From an uncultured delta proteobacterium (GTDB lineage Bacteria > Desulfobacterota > Syntrophia > Syntrophales > UBA2192), in NCBI GenBank assembly GCA_963705165.1, contig CAVPJD010000026.1:1-64000 (forward strand): 64,000 bases of DNA, written 5' to 3'. The position numbers were made by a program, and so were the translations under genes. Below, piece after piece: positions 1-9,884 of the stretch (its first letter is position 1; every line of letters begins with the position of its first letter). The notes below the pieces were generated by a model that worked only from the letters and a program-made list of their open reading frames with translations, searched no databases and was not told where the DNA came from.

Positions 1-2
1 TG

Positions 3-281
3 GGAGCCACGATCATCTCGAACCCCCTCACGATCCCCTTTCTCTACCTGGCCGCATACGAACTCGGCGTCCTCGTGTTGGGCCTGGGCGCAAATCCTTT
101 CGTCCTGGCGGACTACGATGTCCGCTCGATCCTGGAGATCGGCTGGCACATCCTTTACCCGCTGATGGTAGGGGGCGTGATCCTGGCCGTTCTCTTTACC
201 GTTCCAACCTACTTCATCACCCGTCATGTCGTCGTAAAGTTGAGAAACCGCAATGCCGAGCCCGCTGAGCCTTCTCCGTAA
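3..281 (+). CDS. DUF2062-family membrane protein, 5' truncated by the window edge
   Basis: Frame is open from position 3 (GATIISNPLTIPFLYLAAYELG...); NPLT motif and hydrophobic helices; overlaps rsmA start. Confidence 0.65.
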   Translation, partial: GATIISNPLTIPFLYLAAYELGVLVLGLGANPFVLADYDVRSILEIGWHILYPLMVGGVILAVLFTVPTYFITRHVVVKLRNRNAEPAEPSP

Positions 282-1113
282 ATACGGGATCCGGCCGCGC
301 AAGCGGCTCGGTCAGTGCTTCCTCTGCGATCCGAACATCCTGGAGAAGATTGTCCGGATCGCCGGGGTGCGGGAAACGGACACCGTCGTGGAGATCGGTT
401 CAGGCATCGGGGTCCTCACGGCCATGATCGCCCGCATGGCACGCCGCGTCGTTGCAGTGGAGGTGGATCGCTTCCTCGTGGAGGTCCTCCAAAAAGAGCT
501 CGGAGATTTCACGAATGTCGAGATCGTGCAGACCGACGTGCTCCAGTTCGACTTTTCGTCGGTGTGCCCGGGCGCGGGGCCGGGAGGCCAGAGGGATAGG
601 ATCCAGGTCATCGGGAATGTCCCGTACAACATTTCGAGCCAGATCGTGCTGAGGCTGCTCGGATACCGCGACTGTCTCGACCGGGTCGTGCTGATGCTCC
701 AGCGAGAGGTGGCCGAAAGGCTTGCGGCCCCCCCCGGCACGAAGGACTACGGACCCCTGTCCGTCTATGTTGCCCTCTACACGGAGGCGTCACTGGAGAT
801 GAAGGTCCCCGCAGGCTGTTTCCACCCCCGGCCCGACGTGGAGTCCCGGGTCATACGGCTGGACGTCCGGAAAGAGCCCCTCTGCAGGGTCGACGACGTC
901 GCTTTTTTCCAGCGCCTCGTGCGAACCTCCTTCTCGAAGCGACGAAAGACCCTCCTGAACAATCTCAAGACCTCACAACTTCCCGTCACGGGGGACCAGA
1001 TCAGCGCCGCCCTGTCCGCCCTCGGCATCGACGGGGCCCGACGTGCCGAGACGCTGTCCGTCCACGAGTTTGCCGCCCTTAGCAATTTTCTCGGCAAGAC
1101 ACAAAACCCTTGA
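253..1113 (+). CDS. rsmA: 16S rRNA (adenine-N6) dimethyltransferase
   Basis: KRLGQCFL, VEIGSGIG SAM motif, GNVPYNIS, QREVAERL, RRKTL. Confidence 0.95.
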   Translation: MPSPLSLLRKYGIRPRKRLGQCFLCDPNILEKIVRIAGVRETDTVVEIGSGIGVLTAMIARMARRVVAVEVDRFLVEVLQKELGDFTNVEIVQTDVLQFDFSSVCPGAGPGGQRDRIQVIGNVPYNISSQIVLRLLGYRDCLDRVVLMLQREVAERLAAPPGTKDYGPLSVYVALYTEASLEMKVPAGCFHPRPDVESRVIRLDVRKEPLCRVDDVAFFQRLVRTSFSKRRKTLLNNLKTSQLPVTGDQISAALSALGIDGARRAETLSVHEFAALSNFLGKTQNP

Positions 1114-1138
1114 CAGCCCATAGGCCTTCTGTTATTAG
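1110..1138 (+). promoter_or_regulatory. Probable sigma70 promoter of the panC leader
   Basis: TTGACA at 1110-1115, 17 bp spacer, weak TG-n-TATTAG. Confidence 0.5.
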
Positions 1139-1144
1139 GGGCCG

Positions 1145-1242
1145 AACCGCTTGGATCCCCTTTTGCGGGACTGGGACGGAGGCTAAAGTTCGAGAAGTGT
1201 TCTGCTTTTAACGGCCTCCCGTCCTGTGCGGTGAGGCTTTTT
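1145..1242 (+). ncRNA. pan-motif-like cis-regulatory leader with terminator/antiterminator upstream of panC
   Basis: AACCGCTTGGATCC-loop-GGACTGGGACGG hairpin with bulged As; near-identical copy upstream of panG-panB; followed by GCCTC..GAGGC-TTTTT terminator. Confidence 0.7.
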
Positions 1243-1262
1243 GCATTTTGGGGGCAGATGCC

Positions 1263-2120
1263 ATGATTGTCATCGAAAAAGCGAAGGAAATGCAGCGGTT
1301 TTCAGAATCCCTGAGGAACCAGGGCAAGAAGGTCGCCTTCGTCCCTACGATGGGTTATCTCCACCGGGGCCACCTCCTTCTCATGGAAGAAGGCCGCAAG
1401 CTCGGAGATTGCCTCGTAACGAGCATCTATGTCAACCCGACCCAGTTCGGGCCGACGGAGGACCTGGCCAAGTACCCCCGGGATTTCGACATGGATTACA
1501 AGAACTGCGAAGGCGTTGGCGTAGACGCCATCTACTTTCCGTCCAATGAGGAGATGTACCCGCCGCATTACCAGACCTACGTGGATCTGCAGGAGGTAAC
1601 GCAAAACCTCTGCGGTCTCTCCAGACCCGGCCACTTCCGCGGCGTGGCCACCGTTTGCGCGAAGCTCTTCAACCTGGTGAAGCCCCACGTGGCGGTCTTC
1701 GGCAAGAAGGACTTCCAGCAGCTCGTCGTCATCAAGCGGATGGTCACCGACCTGAACATGGACCTGGAGATCGTCGGCCTGGACACGGTTCGGGAAGCCG
1801 ACGGGCTCGCCATGAGCTCCCGGAACATCTACCTGAAGCCCGAGGAGCGGGATTCGGCCCTGAGCCTCAGCCGGGGCCTGAAGATGGCCAAAGGGATGTA
1901 CGACAACGGAGAGAGAAATGCGACGGCGATCATCGACGCCGTCAGCCGCTTCATCAGCGGGCATCCCCACGCGAAGATCGATTACGTGAAAATCTGCGAC
2001 ACGACGACGATGAAGGACGCGGCCAGGCTCGACGGGGAGTCTGTCATGGCGCTGGCCGTCCGTGTCGGTGTTGCCAGGCTCATCGATAACTACGTCTTCG
2101 GGGAGACGTTGAATCTTTAA
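1263..2120 (+). CDS. panC: Pantoate--beta-alanine ligase
   Basis: FVPTMGYLHRGH, SIYVNPTQF, RPGHFRGV, FGKKDFQQ, GLAMSSRN, RLIDN. Confidence 0.97.
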   Translation: MIVIEKAKEMQRFSESLRNQGKKVAFVPTMGYLHRGHLLLMEEGRKLGDCLVTSIYVNPTQFGPTEDLAKYPRDFDMDYKNCEGVGVDAIYFPSNEEMYPPHYQTYVDLQEVTQNLCGLSRPGHFRGVATVCAKLFNLVKPHVAVFGKKDFQQLVVIKRMVTDLNMDLEIVGLDTVREADGLAMSSRNIYLKPEERDSALSLSRGLKMAKGMYDNGERNATAIIDAVSRFISGHPHAKIDYVKICDTTTMKDAARLDGESVMALAVRVGVARLIDNYVFGETLNL

Positions 2121-2166
2121 CATGGCCGTGTGAAGGGAATACGGGAAAAGACAGGGGGAAACAGCC

Positions 2167-2517
2167 ATGCAGCGCATCATGCTCAAATCCAAGATCCACC
2201 GCGCAACGGTGACAGATGCCAACCTGAATTACGAGGGGAGCATCACCATCGACGAGGGCCTCATGAAATTGGCCGATCTCGTTCCCTTTGAAAAGGTGGC
2301 GATCTACAACGTCTCCAACGGCGAGCGGTTCTCGACGTACGCGATCAAGGGGAAAAAGGGATCCGGCGTCATCTGTCTCAACGGCGCGGCGGCCCGGAAA
2401 GTCTCGAAAGGCGATCTCATCATCATTGCGAGCTACGTCATGGTGGGCGATGCCGAAACGAAGAAATGGGCCCCGAAGTGCGTCCACGTGGACGGAAAGA
2501 ACAAAATGAAAAAATAG
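2167..2517 (+). CDS. panD: Aspartate 1-decarboxylase (pyruvoyl)
   Basis: [20 protein letters not shown] cleavage site, CLNGAAAR. Confidence 0.97.
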   Translation: MQRIMLKSKIHRATVTDANLNYEGSITIDEGLMKLADLVPFEKVAIYNVSNGERFSTYAIKGKKGSGVICLNGAAARKVSKGDLIIIASYVMVGDAETKKWAPKCVHVDGKNKMKK

Positions 2518-2594
2518 CGTCGGGGAGATTCCGCCGCAGATCCGGGCAAAGAGTGACGAACCTTTGCCCTTTTTTATTAAAGGGCTGCCATCCC

Positions 2595-3236
2595 GTGAAG
2601 CCGAAACTTAAAAACGTCTTTCTCGCCGGACTCGCCGTCACGGTGCCCGTCGGACTGACGATCTACATCCTGATCTTCCTGATCGACCTCATGGATGGCC
2701 TGCTGAGGATCATGCCGGCGGCGATCCATCCCGAAGCGCTCCTGGGGTTTCGGATCCCCGGGCTGGGCGTCATCGCAACACTCATCCTGATCTTCATCGC
2801 CGGCCTGCTCGCGACGAGCTACGCAGGCGGGAAGCTCTTCCGTCTGGCCGAGTCGCTTGTCGCCCGGATTCCGCTGGTCCGCGGGATCTACCAGGCCATC
2901 AAGCAGATTGTTCAGACCATGGTGAGCAAGGAAGGGCAGAGCTTCAAGAAGGTTGTCCTCGTCGAGTTTCCCCGCAAGGGTCTCTACACGGTGGCCTTCG
3001 TGACGGGAGCCACAACCGGCGAGCTGAGGGAAAAGACCGGCGGACGCTGCATCAACCTCTTCATCCCCACCACCCCGAACCCCACGTCGGGGTACTACAT
3101 CATGGTCCCGGAAGACAGCGTCACCAGCCTGGAGATGTCCGTCGAGGAGGCCTTCAAGCTCATCATCTCGGGCGGCATGATTGCGCCGACGGAAAACAAT
3201 AAGCAGTTGAGAAACGGATCAAACTCTGTTAAATAG
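2595..3236 (+). CDS. DUF502-family membrane protein
   Basis: FLAGL..VP, RIPLVRGIY, VVLVEFP, FIPTTPNPTSG; GTG start at 2595 chosen. Confidence 0.85.
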   Translation: MKPKLKNVFLAGLAVTVPVGLTIYILIFLIDLMDGLLRIMPAAIHPEALLGFRIPGLGVIATLILIFIAGLLATSYAGGKLFRLAESLVARIPLVRGIYQAIKQIVQTMVSKEGQSFKKVVLVEFPRKGLYTVAFVTGATTGELREKTGGRCINLFIPTTPNPTSGYYIMVPEDSVTSLEMSVEEAFKLIISGGMIAPTENNKQLRNGSNSVK

Positions 3237-3303
3237 AAACGTTTTTTATTGAAAACAGAGCCGGCAGAAAGCCGAACGAAACCCCATAACTCATGGAGGG
3301 AAC

Positions 3304-4485
3304 ATGCAGATCACATCGGAAAGCATCAAGGTCGGACACCCGGATATCGTCGCCGACGCCATTGCCGCCAATATTATCGCCGCCATCCTCGACGAGGAGA
3401 AGAAGCTCGGCCTGACCGTGTACAACATGCCGCATTGCGGGATCGAGGTTTTCCTCGGCAAGGGATTCTGCGTGGTCGGGGGTGAAGTGGCAACCCGTGC
3501 CTACGTGGACGTGGAAAAGATCGTCCGGGACACGGTCCTCGAAATCGGCTACAACGACTTCTGCCTCGGTCTCGACGGAGGCTCCATGGGCGTGCTCAAC
3601 GCCATCATTCCCCAGTCTCCGGACATCAACATCGGCACGAGGGCCCACCTCGGAAAACACAAAGAGATCGGGGCAGGGGACCAGGGGATCATGTACGGGT
3701 ACGCCTGCTCGGACACCCCCGAGTTGCTGCCGCTGCCGTATGTCCTCTGCAACCGGATGATGCGCGTCTTCGAGGAGACGAAACACCCCTACTTCGCACC
3801 CGACGGCAAGGGCCAGGTCAGCGTGGAATACGACGACAAGACGGGAAAACCGCTGCGGGTGGTCAAAGTACTCATGTCCAACGCCGTCGACTACCGGCAC
3901 GTCGGCAAAGGCAAGAAGAAAGACGTCGAGACGGTTGCGAAGAAGATGTGCTTTGACGTCCTCGGCGACTGGGTCGACAAGAAGACGGAGTTCCTCTTCA
4001 ACCCCACGGGCGAGTGGCAGGCCATCCATTCCTGCAGCGCCGCCGATTCCGGCGTCACGGGACGCAAGCTCGTTGTCCAGTTCTACGGCGGTTTCCCGGG
4101 CGCCCAGCTCGGGGGCGGGTCCGTCATGAACAAATCCCCCGAAAAAGTCGACTGCTCCGCCGCCTTCGGCGCGCGCTACGCGGCCAAAAACGTCGTCGCC
4201 TCGGGGCTGGCCGAAAAGTGTTCGATCCAGCTCTCCTACGCCATCGGCGTGGCGCGGCCCTTCTCGATCTACGTGAACACGTTCGGGACGGGAAAACTAT
4301 CCGATCGCAAGCTCGAACAGATCATCACGAAGGTTTTCGATTTCACCCCGGCCGGCATGATCAAGCAGTTCAGCCTGCTGGACGGAAACGTCTACCGCAA
4401 GCTCCCGAGGACCTTCTTCATGGACAAATTCGCCTGGGAGAAAACGGACAAGGTCAAGGAGCTTCGGCAGCTCATCAAGGCATGA
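3304..4485 (+). CDS. metK: S-adenosylmethionine synthetase, divergent
   Basis: [36 protein letters not shown]; adjacent to ahcY. Confidence 0.85.
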   Translation: MQITSESIKVGHPDIVADAIAANIIAAILDEEKKLGLTVYNMPHCGIEVFLGKGFCVVGGEVATRAYVDVEKIVRDTVLEIGYNDFCLGLDGGSMGVLNAIIPQSPDINIGTRAHLGKHKEIGAGDQGIMYGYACSDTPELLPLPYVLCNRMMRVFEETKHPYFAPDGKGQVSVEYDDKTGKPLRVVKVLMSNAVDYRHVGKGKKKDVETVAKKMCFDVLGDWVDKKTEFLFNPTGEWQAIHSCSAADSGVTGRKLVVQFYGGFPGAQLGGGSVMNKSPEKVDCSAAFGARYAAKNVVASGLAEKCSIQLSYAIGVARPFSIYVNTFGTGKLSDRKLEQIITKVFDFTPAGMIKQFSLLDGNVYRKLPRTFFMDKFAWEKTDKVKELRQLIKA

Positions 4486-4555
4486 CGGAAGGACCCGGTC
4501 ACCGAAAGACAAGTCGGGCGCCGAGGAAAGCACCGTAAATCGTGAAAGGAAACAC

Positions 4556-5812
4556 ATGAATTACGACGTCAAGGACATCAAGCTCGCAGAGCAGGGAAAA
4601 TTGAGCGTGGAATGGGCCTACAAGAGCATGCCTGTTCTGGCTCTGATCCGGAAGCGTTTTGCGAAAGAGAAACCGCTCAAGGGGCTCCGGCTGGGCGCAT
4701 GCCTCCATGTCACCACGGAGACGGCGAGCCTCATGGAAACCCTCAAGGCGGGAGGAGCCGAGGTTAGCCTCTGTGCATCGAACCCCCTGAGCACACAGGA
4801 TTACGTGTCCGCCTATCTTGTCAAGTATCACGACATCCCCGTCTTTGCCATCAAGGGCGAGGACACGGAGACCTATTACCGGCACATCACAGCCGTGCTC
4901 GACATGAAACCGCACATGACGATGGACGACGGCGCGGATCTCGTCTCGATGATCCACTCAAAGCGCAAGGATCTCATCAAGGGCATTCTCGGAGGGACGG
5001 AAGAGACGACGACGGGCGTCATCCGCCTGAGGGCCATGGCGAAAAGCGGGGTTCTGCGGTTCCCCATCATCGCCGTCAACGACGCCCAGACAAAGTACAT
5101 GTTCGACAACCGCTACGGCACGGGCCAGAGCACCATTGACGGGATCATCCGCGCCACGAACCGGCTTGTGGCAGGCTCGGTCTTCGTCATCTGCGGTTAC
5201 GGCTGGTGCTCCCGGGGGCTGGCGATGAGGGCTCACGGCATGGGGGCCAGCGTGGTCGTGACGGAGGTGGACCCGCTAAAGGCCCTTGAGGCGGTCATGG
5301 ACGGATACCGCGTCATGCCCATCGCCGAGGCCGCCGAGATCGGCGACTTCTTCTGCACACTGACCGGCGATATCAACGTGATCCGCAGGGAGCATTTCGT
5401 CCGGATGAAGGACGGGGCCATCGTGTCCAACTCGGGCCACTTCAACGTGGAGTTGGATCTGGAAGGGCTCAAGGGGGTCACAAAGAAGACGAGAAAGCTC
5501 CGCGAGTTCGTCGAGGAGTTCACCCTGAAGAGCGGCAGGCGGGTCTACATTCTCGGCGAGGGGCGTCTCATCAACCTGGCCGCCGCCGAGGGTCACCCCT
5601 CAAGCGTCATGGACATGAGTTTCGCCAACCAGGCCCTTTCGGCGGAATACCTGGCCAAGAACGTCAAGTCGCTGAAAAGGCAGGTTTATGCCGTTCCCCA
5701 GGATATTGACAGTGAAATCGCCCGCCTGAAACTGGCCGCGATGGGCGTCCGGATCGACACCCTGACCCCGGAGCAGGAGAAATACCTGCACTCGTGGGAG
5801 ATGGGCACCTGA
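4556..5812 (+). CDS. ahcY: Adenosylhomocysteinase
   Basis: [51 protein letters not shown]. Confidence 0.97.
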   Translation: MNYDVKDIKLAEQGKLSVEWAYKSMPVLALIRKRFAKEKPLKGLRLGACLHVTTETASLMETLKAGGAEVSLCASNPLSTQDYVSAYLVKYHDIPVFAIKGEDTETYYRHITAVLDMKPHMTMDDGADLVSMIHSKRKDLIKGILGGTEETTTGVIRLRAMAKSGVLRFPIIAVNDAQTKYMFDNRYGTGQSTIDGIIRATNRLVAGSVFVICGYGWCSRGLAMRAHGMGASVVVTEVDPLKALEAVMDGYRVMPIAEAAEIGDFFCTLTGDINVIRREHFVRMKDGAIVSNSGHFNVELDLEGLKGVTKKTRKLREFVEEFTLKSGRRVYILGEGRLINLAAAEGHPSSVMDMSFANQALSAEYLAKNVKSLKRQVYAVPQDIDSEIARLKLAAMGVRIDTLTPEQEKYLHSWEMGT

Positions 5813-5815
5813 AAA

Positions 5816-5933
5816 AGGGTTCAGGGTCAAGGGTCCAGGGTTAAGGGAAAAGACAACAGCAAGGAGAAAGGATCAGGAATACCTCCTGATCCTTTTTTTC
5901 ATCCTGTACCCTTTACCCTTGACCCTGTACCCT
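5816..5933. repeat. Inverted arrays of heptamer tandem repeats (AGGGTNN / NNACCCT)
   Basis: agggttc-agggtca-agggtcc-agggtta at 5816-5843; gtaccct-ttaccct-tgaccct-gtaccct at 5906-5933. Confidence 0.8.
5867..5899. terminator. Bidirectional intrinsic terminator between ahcY and lptG
   Basis: AAAGGATCAGGA-atacc-TCCTGATCCTTTTTTT, flanked by heptamer repeats. Confidence 0.8.
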
Positions 5934-5952
5934 GGTCCCAGGGCCTCCGGCC

Positions 5953-7032
5953 CTATGTATTGACCCGCCGGAACATGACAACGGCCACCACACCCAGGAT
6001 GACATTGGTCGCCCAGGCGGCCACGGCGGGCGGGAGAGTGCCGGAACGGCCCAGGGAGAGGGTGAAGGCAAAGACGATCCAGTAGGAAAACCCGATGATG
6101 ACCCCGATGCCGATCCCCTGGGCGATTCCGCCGCTTCGCTCTGAGCGCATCGGGAAGACCACCCCGATCAGTGCAAGGATCAAGCTTGCGAAAACAAAAG
6201 CGATTTTCCCGTGCAAGTCCGTCTCATATCGCGTTGCGTCGTAGCCCTCCTGTCGCAGCTTTCGGATGTATTTTCTCAACTCCCGGAAGCCCATCTGGTC
6301 GGCGCTTTTCTGTACGACCAGGAAATCTTCGGGCTTCTCGGCGATATCGACGGCGAGCGTCGGCAGGCGTTCGATAACCGGGAAGTCCTTGCCGGCAAAG
6401 GTCGTCCGCAGGACATCCTTCAGCTCCCAGCGATCCCCTTTCCAGAGGGCCTCGCGCGCGTCGATCCTTGAAAGCAGGCCGAATCGGGCATCGAGGTAGC
6501 TGATCGTGACCCCCTTCAGCCGATTCTCTGCCGGAGCGAAGAGCTTGAAATTGTAGATGGCATTCTGACTCTTGTACCAGATCTGGTTCTCCTTGAAGGC
6601 CCCCCATTCCTTCTTCTTCTGGACCTCGACGTACTTGATGTATTCGGCCTGCCAGTTGGCCGCCGGGGTCACGAATTCGTTGAGCAGGAAATTCAGACCG
6701 CAGGCGAGCAGTGCGAAAGCAAGCACGGGACGGGCGATGCGGTAGAGACTGATCCCGTTGGCCTTCATGGCTACGATCTCATGGTTGCGCGAGAAGAGCC
6801 CGAAGGTGATGAGCGCGGCAAGCAGAACACATGCCGGCATCATCGTGGCCACGACGGATGGCACTGTGTAGAGGTGATAGGAGACGATCTGGGCGAGGGT
6901 GGCGTTGTTGCTGAGAAACATCCGGATCCGCTCGAAAAAGTCCACCACCATGTACAGGCTCAGAAACGCCAGGAGGACGAAGAAGAATGTCAGGCTAAAT
7001 TCACGCGTGATGTAGCGATCGAGGACCGTCAT
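5953..7032 (-). CDS. lptG: LPS export ABC transporter permease LptG
   Basis: MTVLDRYI start, EIVAMKANGISL, 3+3 TM layout, paired with lptF. Confidence 0.88.
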   Translation of the reverse strand: MTVLDRYITREFSLTFFFVLLAFLSLYMVVDFFERIRMFLSNNATLAQIVSYHLYTVPSVVATMMPACVLLAALITFGLFSRNHEIVAMKANGISLYRIARPVLAFALLACGLNFLLNEFVTPAANWQAEYIKYVEVQKKKEWGAFKENQIWYKSQNAIYNFKLFAPAENRLKGVTISYLDARFGLLSRIDAREALWKGDRWELKDVLRTTFAGKDFPVIERLPTLAVDIAEKPEDFLVVQKSADQMGFRELRKYIRKLRQEGYDATRYETDLHGKIAFVFASLILALIGVVFPMRSERSGGIAQGIGIGVIIGFSYWIVFAFTLSLGRSGTLPPAVAAWATNVILGVVAVVMFRRVNT

Positions 7033-7036
7033 GGCG

Positions 7037-8188
7037 TCACCGCTCCCGCTTTCCGACTGGCAGCCACTTCGGGATGATCTCGCGCTCCCGGGCCTTCATG
7101 AAGTAGACATAGAGGCCTGCCGCCATGAACAGGACATTGGGCGTCCAGACCCCGATGACGGGCGGGATCTTCCCGGTTTCTCCGAGGGCCTTCCCGTAGA
7201 GCAAAAACACGTAATACACCATGACAAGCGAAAGGCCGATGGTGAAACCCATCATCTTTCCCGAACGGCTCGACTGGATCCCCAGCGGGATGCCGAGAAT
7301 CGCGAAGATGAGGCAGGTGAAGGGGCTTGCCAGGCGCTGGTTGAACTCGATGATCAACTCTCGCCTCGATGGGCCCTGGGGGTCGGGGTTGTCGATTTGA
7401 TCCCGGAGATCCCACAGTGTCATTTCGTCGATTTTGCTGAACTTGACGCGCTTTTCGTCGGCGGCAGATCCCTTGAAGTCGAGACGCACGTCATAGGTGC
7501 TGAAGTCCACTTTCTTGTAGTTCTTGAACCCGGCATCGACGGTGTGGATGCTTCCGTTCTCCAGGCGCAGCGTAACCGTCAGCGATTGGGGGTTCGAGAC
7601 GAGCGTGCCCTTCGTGGCGATGATCGTGCTGGGTTCGTCGACCGTCGTCTCCTCGTAGAGCAGCACCCCTTCCATAGAATCGCCGTTCATGGGGATCCGG
7701 TCTGCGTAGATGACGATGCCCCGGAAATCGTCGTTGAAGACCTTTTCCTTGATCCCCACGCTGGCCTTCTGCTTCACGACACGGAAGAGGAGGTTCTTGG
7801 CCTCCAGGTTGCCTTTCGGGATGAGGAAAAAGCTCGTCAGGGCCGCCAAGCAGAAGGCGATCAGGGCCGCCGCCAGAACGGGGGCGGCGATCTGGTGGAG
7901 ACTCAACCCGCAGGCCTTGAGGACGGTGTACTCGTTGTCCCGCGACAGCCGACCGATTCCGATCAGGATGGCGATGATGAGGGCAAGCGGAATCGTGAAG
8001 AGCAAAAGCGCCGGCATGAGGTAGAGGATCAGCTTCAGGATGTCCGTAAAGTCGACCCCCTTGTTGATCATGAGGTCGACGAGGCTGAGGATGCGCCCCA
8101 TGATCAGCACGAAGGTGAAGACAAAGAGGGTCATGAGAAAGGGGTAAAGGACCTCTTTGAATATGTAACGGTTCAGGATGCTGAACAT
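7037..8188 (-). CDS. lptF: LPS export ABC transporter permease LptF
   Basis: ILNRYIFKE, GRLSRDNEYTVLKACG; ATG at 8188. Confidence 0.88.
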   Translation of the reverse strand: MFSILNRYIFKEVLYPFLMTLFVFTFVLIMGRILSLVDLMINKGVDFTDILKLILYLMPALLLFTIPLALIIAILIGIGRLSRDNEYTVLKACGLSLHQIAAPVLAAALIAFCLAALTSFFLIPKGNLEAKNLLFRVVKQKASVGIKEKVFNDDFRGIVIYADRIPMNGDSMEGVLLYEETTVDEPSTIIATKGTLVSNPQSLTVTLRLENGSIHTVDAGFKNYKKVDFSTYDVRLDFKGSAADEKRVKFSKIDEMTLWDLRDQIDNPDPQGPSRRELIIEFNQRLASPFTCLIFAILGIPLGIQSSRSGKMMGFTIGLSLVMVYYVFLLYGKALGETGKIPPVIGVWTPNVLFMAAGLYVYFMKAREREIIPKWLPVGKRER

Positions 8189-8365
8189 GCCTTTATGCCG
8201 CCCCGGGCGATGAGCCCGACCCGGCGGGCTGGAATCCCGCGGATCGAATCTGTTCAAGTATCAGTTTTTTCTTTATTAATCCAACATAATCCTGTAAATC
8301 AACGATTACTTTCGTGCCCTTAGTGGAATCCATCTCCGGACATCCTGTCCGGCAGGAGAAGCGCC

Positions 8366-9052
8366 ATGATCGATCTGCACATGCATTCCCTTTTCAGCGA
8401 CGGGGAGCTGATCCCGTCGGAACTGGCCAGGCGTGCGGCCGTGGCGGGGTACCGCGCCATGGCCATCACGGATCATGCTGATCACTCCAACTTCGATTTC
8501 ATCCTCTCGAGGGTTTCCAAGGTCTGCGGAAAGGTATCCGCTTCCTATGGGCTCTTCGTGCTGCCGGGTATCGAGATCACCCACGTCCCGCCCCGCTGGA
8601 TTTCGGCTTTGGCGAAAGAAGCGAGGAAGGCCGGGGCAAAAATCATCGTCGTGCACGGGGAAACCCTGGTGGAACCCGTCGCGGAAGGGACGAACCTCGC
8701 TGCCGTCCAGTCGGACATCGACATCCTGGCCCACCCGGGCCTCATCGATGAAGACTCCGTGAGGCTTGCAGCCAAGGCGGGCATCTGCCTGGAGATCTCC
8801 ACCCGTAAGGGGCACAGCCTCGGCAACGGTCACGTGGCGGTCCTGGCGCGCAAGCATGGCGCATCCCTGGTAATCAACACGGACACCCATTCTCCGGCCG
8901 ATCTCGTGAGCCGCGAGTTTGCCCGCCGGGTTGCACGCGGCGCCGGGCTGACGGAGGCGGAGACGTCAAAAGCATTCAGGAATTCGGAGGAGATCGTTCG
9001 CAGGGTCGCATCGACCCCAGCAAAAGCCGGCAAGCCGCGGAAGAGGGGATGA
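8366..9052 (+). CDS. PHP-family hydrolase (histidinol-phosphatase-like)
   Basis: DLHMHSLFSDG, AITDH, GIEITH, LAHPG, NTDTH. Confidence 0.85.
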   Translation: MIDLHMHSLFSDGELIPSELARRAAVAGYRAMAITDHADHSNFDFILSRVSKVCGKVSASYGLFVLPGIEITHVPPRWISALAKEARKAGAKIIVVHGETLVEPVAEGTNLAAVQSDIDILAHPGLIDEDSVRLAAKAGICLEISTRKGHSLGNGHVAVLARKHGASLVINTDTHSPADLVSREFARRVARGAGLTEAETSKAFRNSEEIVRRVASTPAKAGKPRKRG

Positions 9053-9780
9053 GGGCCGTCTTTTTTTCCGATGCTCATCTCCGAGGAGCCGACGACGAGG
9101 GTTGCGGCCTGCTGCTGAGCTTTCTCCGGGATGCGTCGCGAAACCTGGACCATCTGTTTATCGTGGGCGACCTGTTCGATTTCTGGTTCTCGAAGGGCGG
9201 AGTCGTTTACCCCGGCTTTCAGCCCGTCATCGAGGAACTGGCGGCGATTCAGGGCAGGGGCGTTCAGGTTCATCTCTTCGAGGGAAACCACGACTTCTAC
9301 CTGGCCGACTATTTCACCCGGTTCCACGGCATCGAGGTCTTCCCGGACACGGCGCAGATACAGCTGGACGGCAAAACCATCTTTATTGCCCATGGCGATC
9401 TGGTAGACGAAACGGACAGGGGCTACCGGATCCTCCGGAGGGTGCTGAGGAGTCCCGTTTTTTACGGGATCCAGAAGAGGCTGCCACTGCCGTGGCTCTG
9501 GAGAATCGCGCTGCGGAGCTCGGAGGCGAGCAAGGAGTACCTCGCTAAACCCCAGGCGGGTCTGTCCGAAAAGATGGAGGCCTTTGCCCGGGATAAATTC
9601 GAGAAAGGGATCGACACAGTCATCTTCGGTCACTGTCATCTGCCCGTCGTAAAGACTCAAGAGGTCCGCGGCAGGCAGCGCCACTTCATCCTGCTGGGCG
9701 ACTGGCTCGTGCACCGGTCTTATGTCATCCTGGAAGATGGGCAATTCGTGCTCAGCCGCTACGACGGCAGGCCCCTTTAG
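9049..9780 (+). CDS. lpxH: UDP-2,3-diacylglucosamine diphosphatase-like metallophosphoesterase
   Basis: SDAHL, GDLFDFW, GNHDF, AHGD, GHCH, LGDW. Confidence 0.8.
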   Translation: MRAVFFSDAHLRGADDEGCGLLLSFLRDASRNLDHLFIVGDLFDFWFSKGGVVYPGFQPVIEELAAIQGRGVQVHLFEGNHDFYLADYFTRFHGIEVFPDTAQIQLDGKTIFIAHGDLVDETDRGYRILRRVLRSPVFYGIQKRLPLPWLWRIALRSSEASKEYLAKPQAGLSEKMEAFARDKFEKGIDTVIFGHCHLPVVKTQEVRGRQRHFILLGDWLVHRSYVILEDGQFVLSRYDGRPL

Positions 9781-9884
9781 TCCCCCTTTCCACTGTTCGT
9801 GCACCTGCCGGGCAAAGACAAAAAATATGGACAGCGGGTCAGGAATATGTTAGCAAGTGCTCTTTGTTTTTGGGGAAAACGTCT

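Noticed and set aside
3237..3303. SAM/SAH riboswitch upstream of metK or ahcY
   Set aside because: Spacers are short (about 70 nt) and I could not see the conserved aptamer cores
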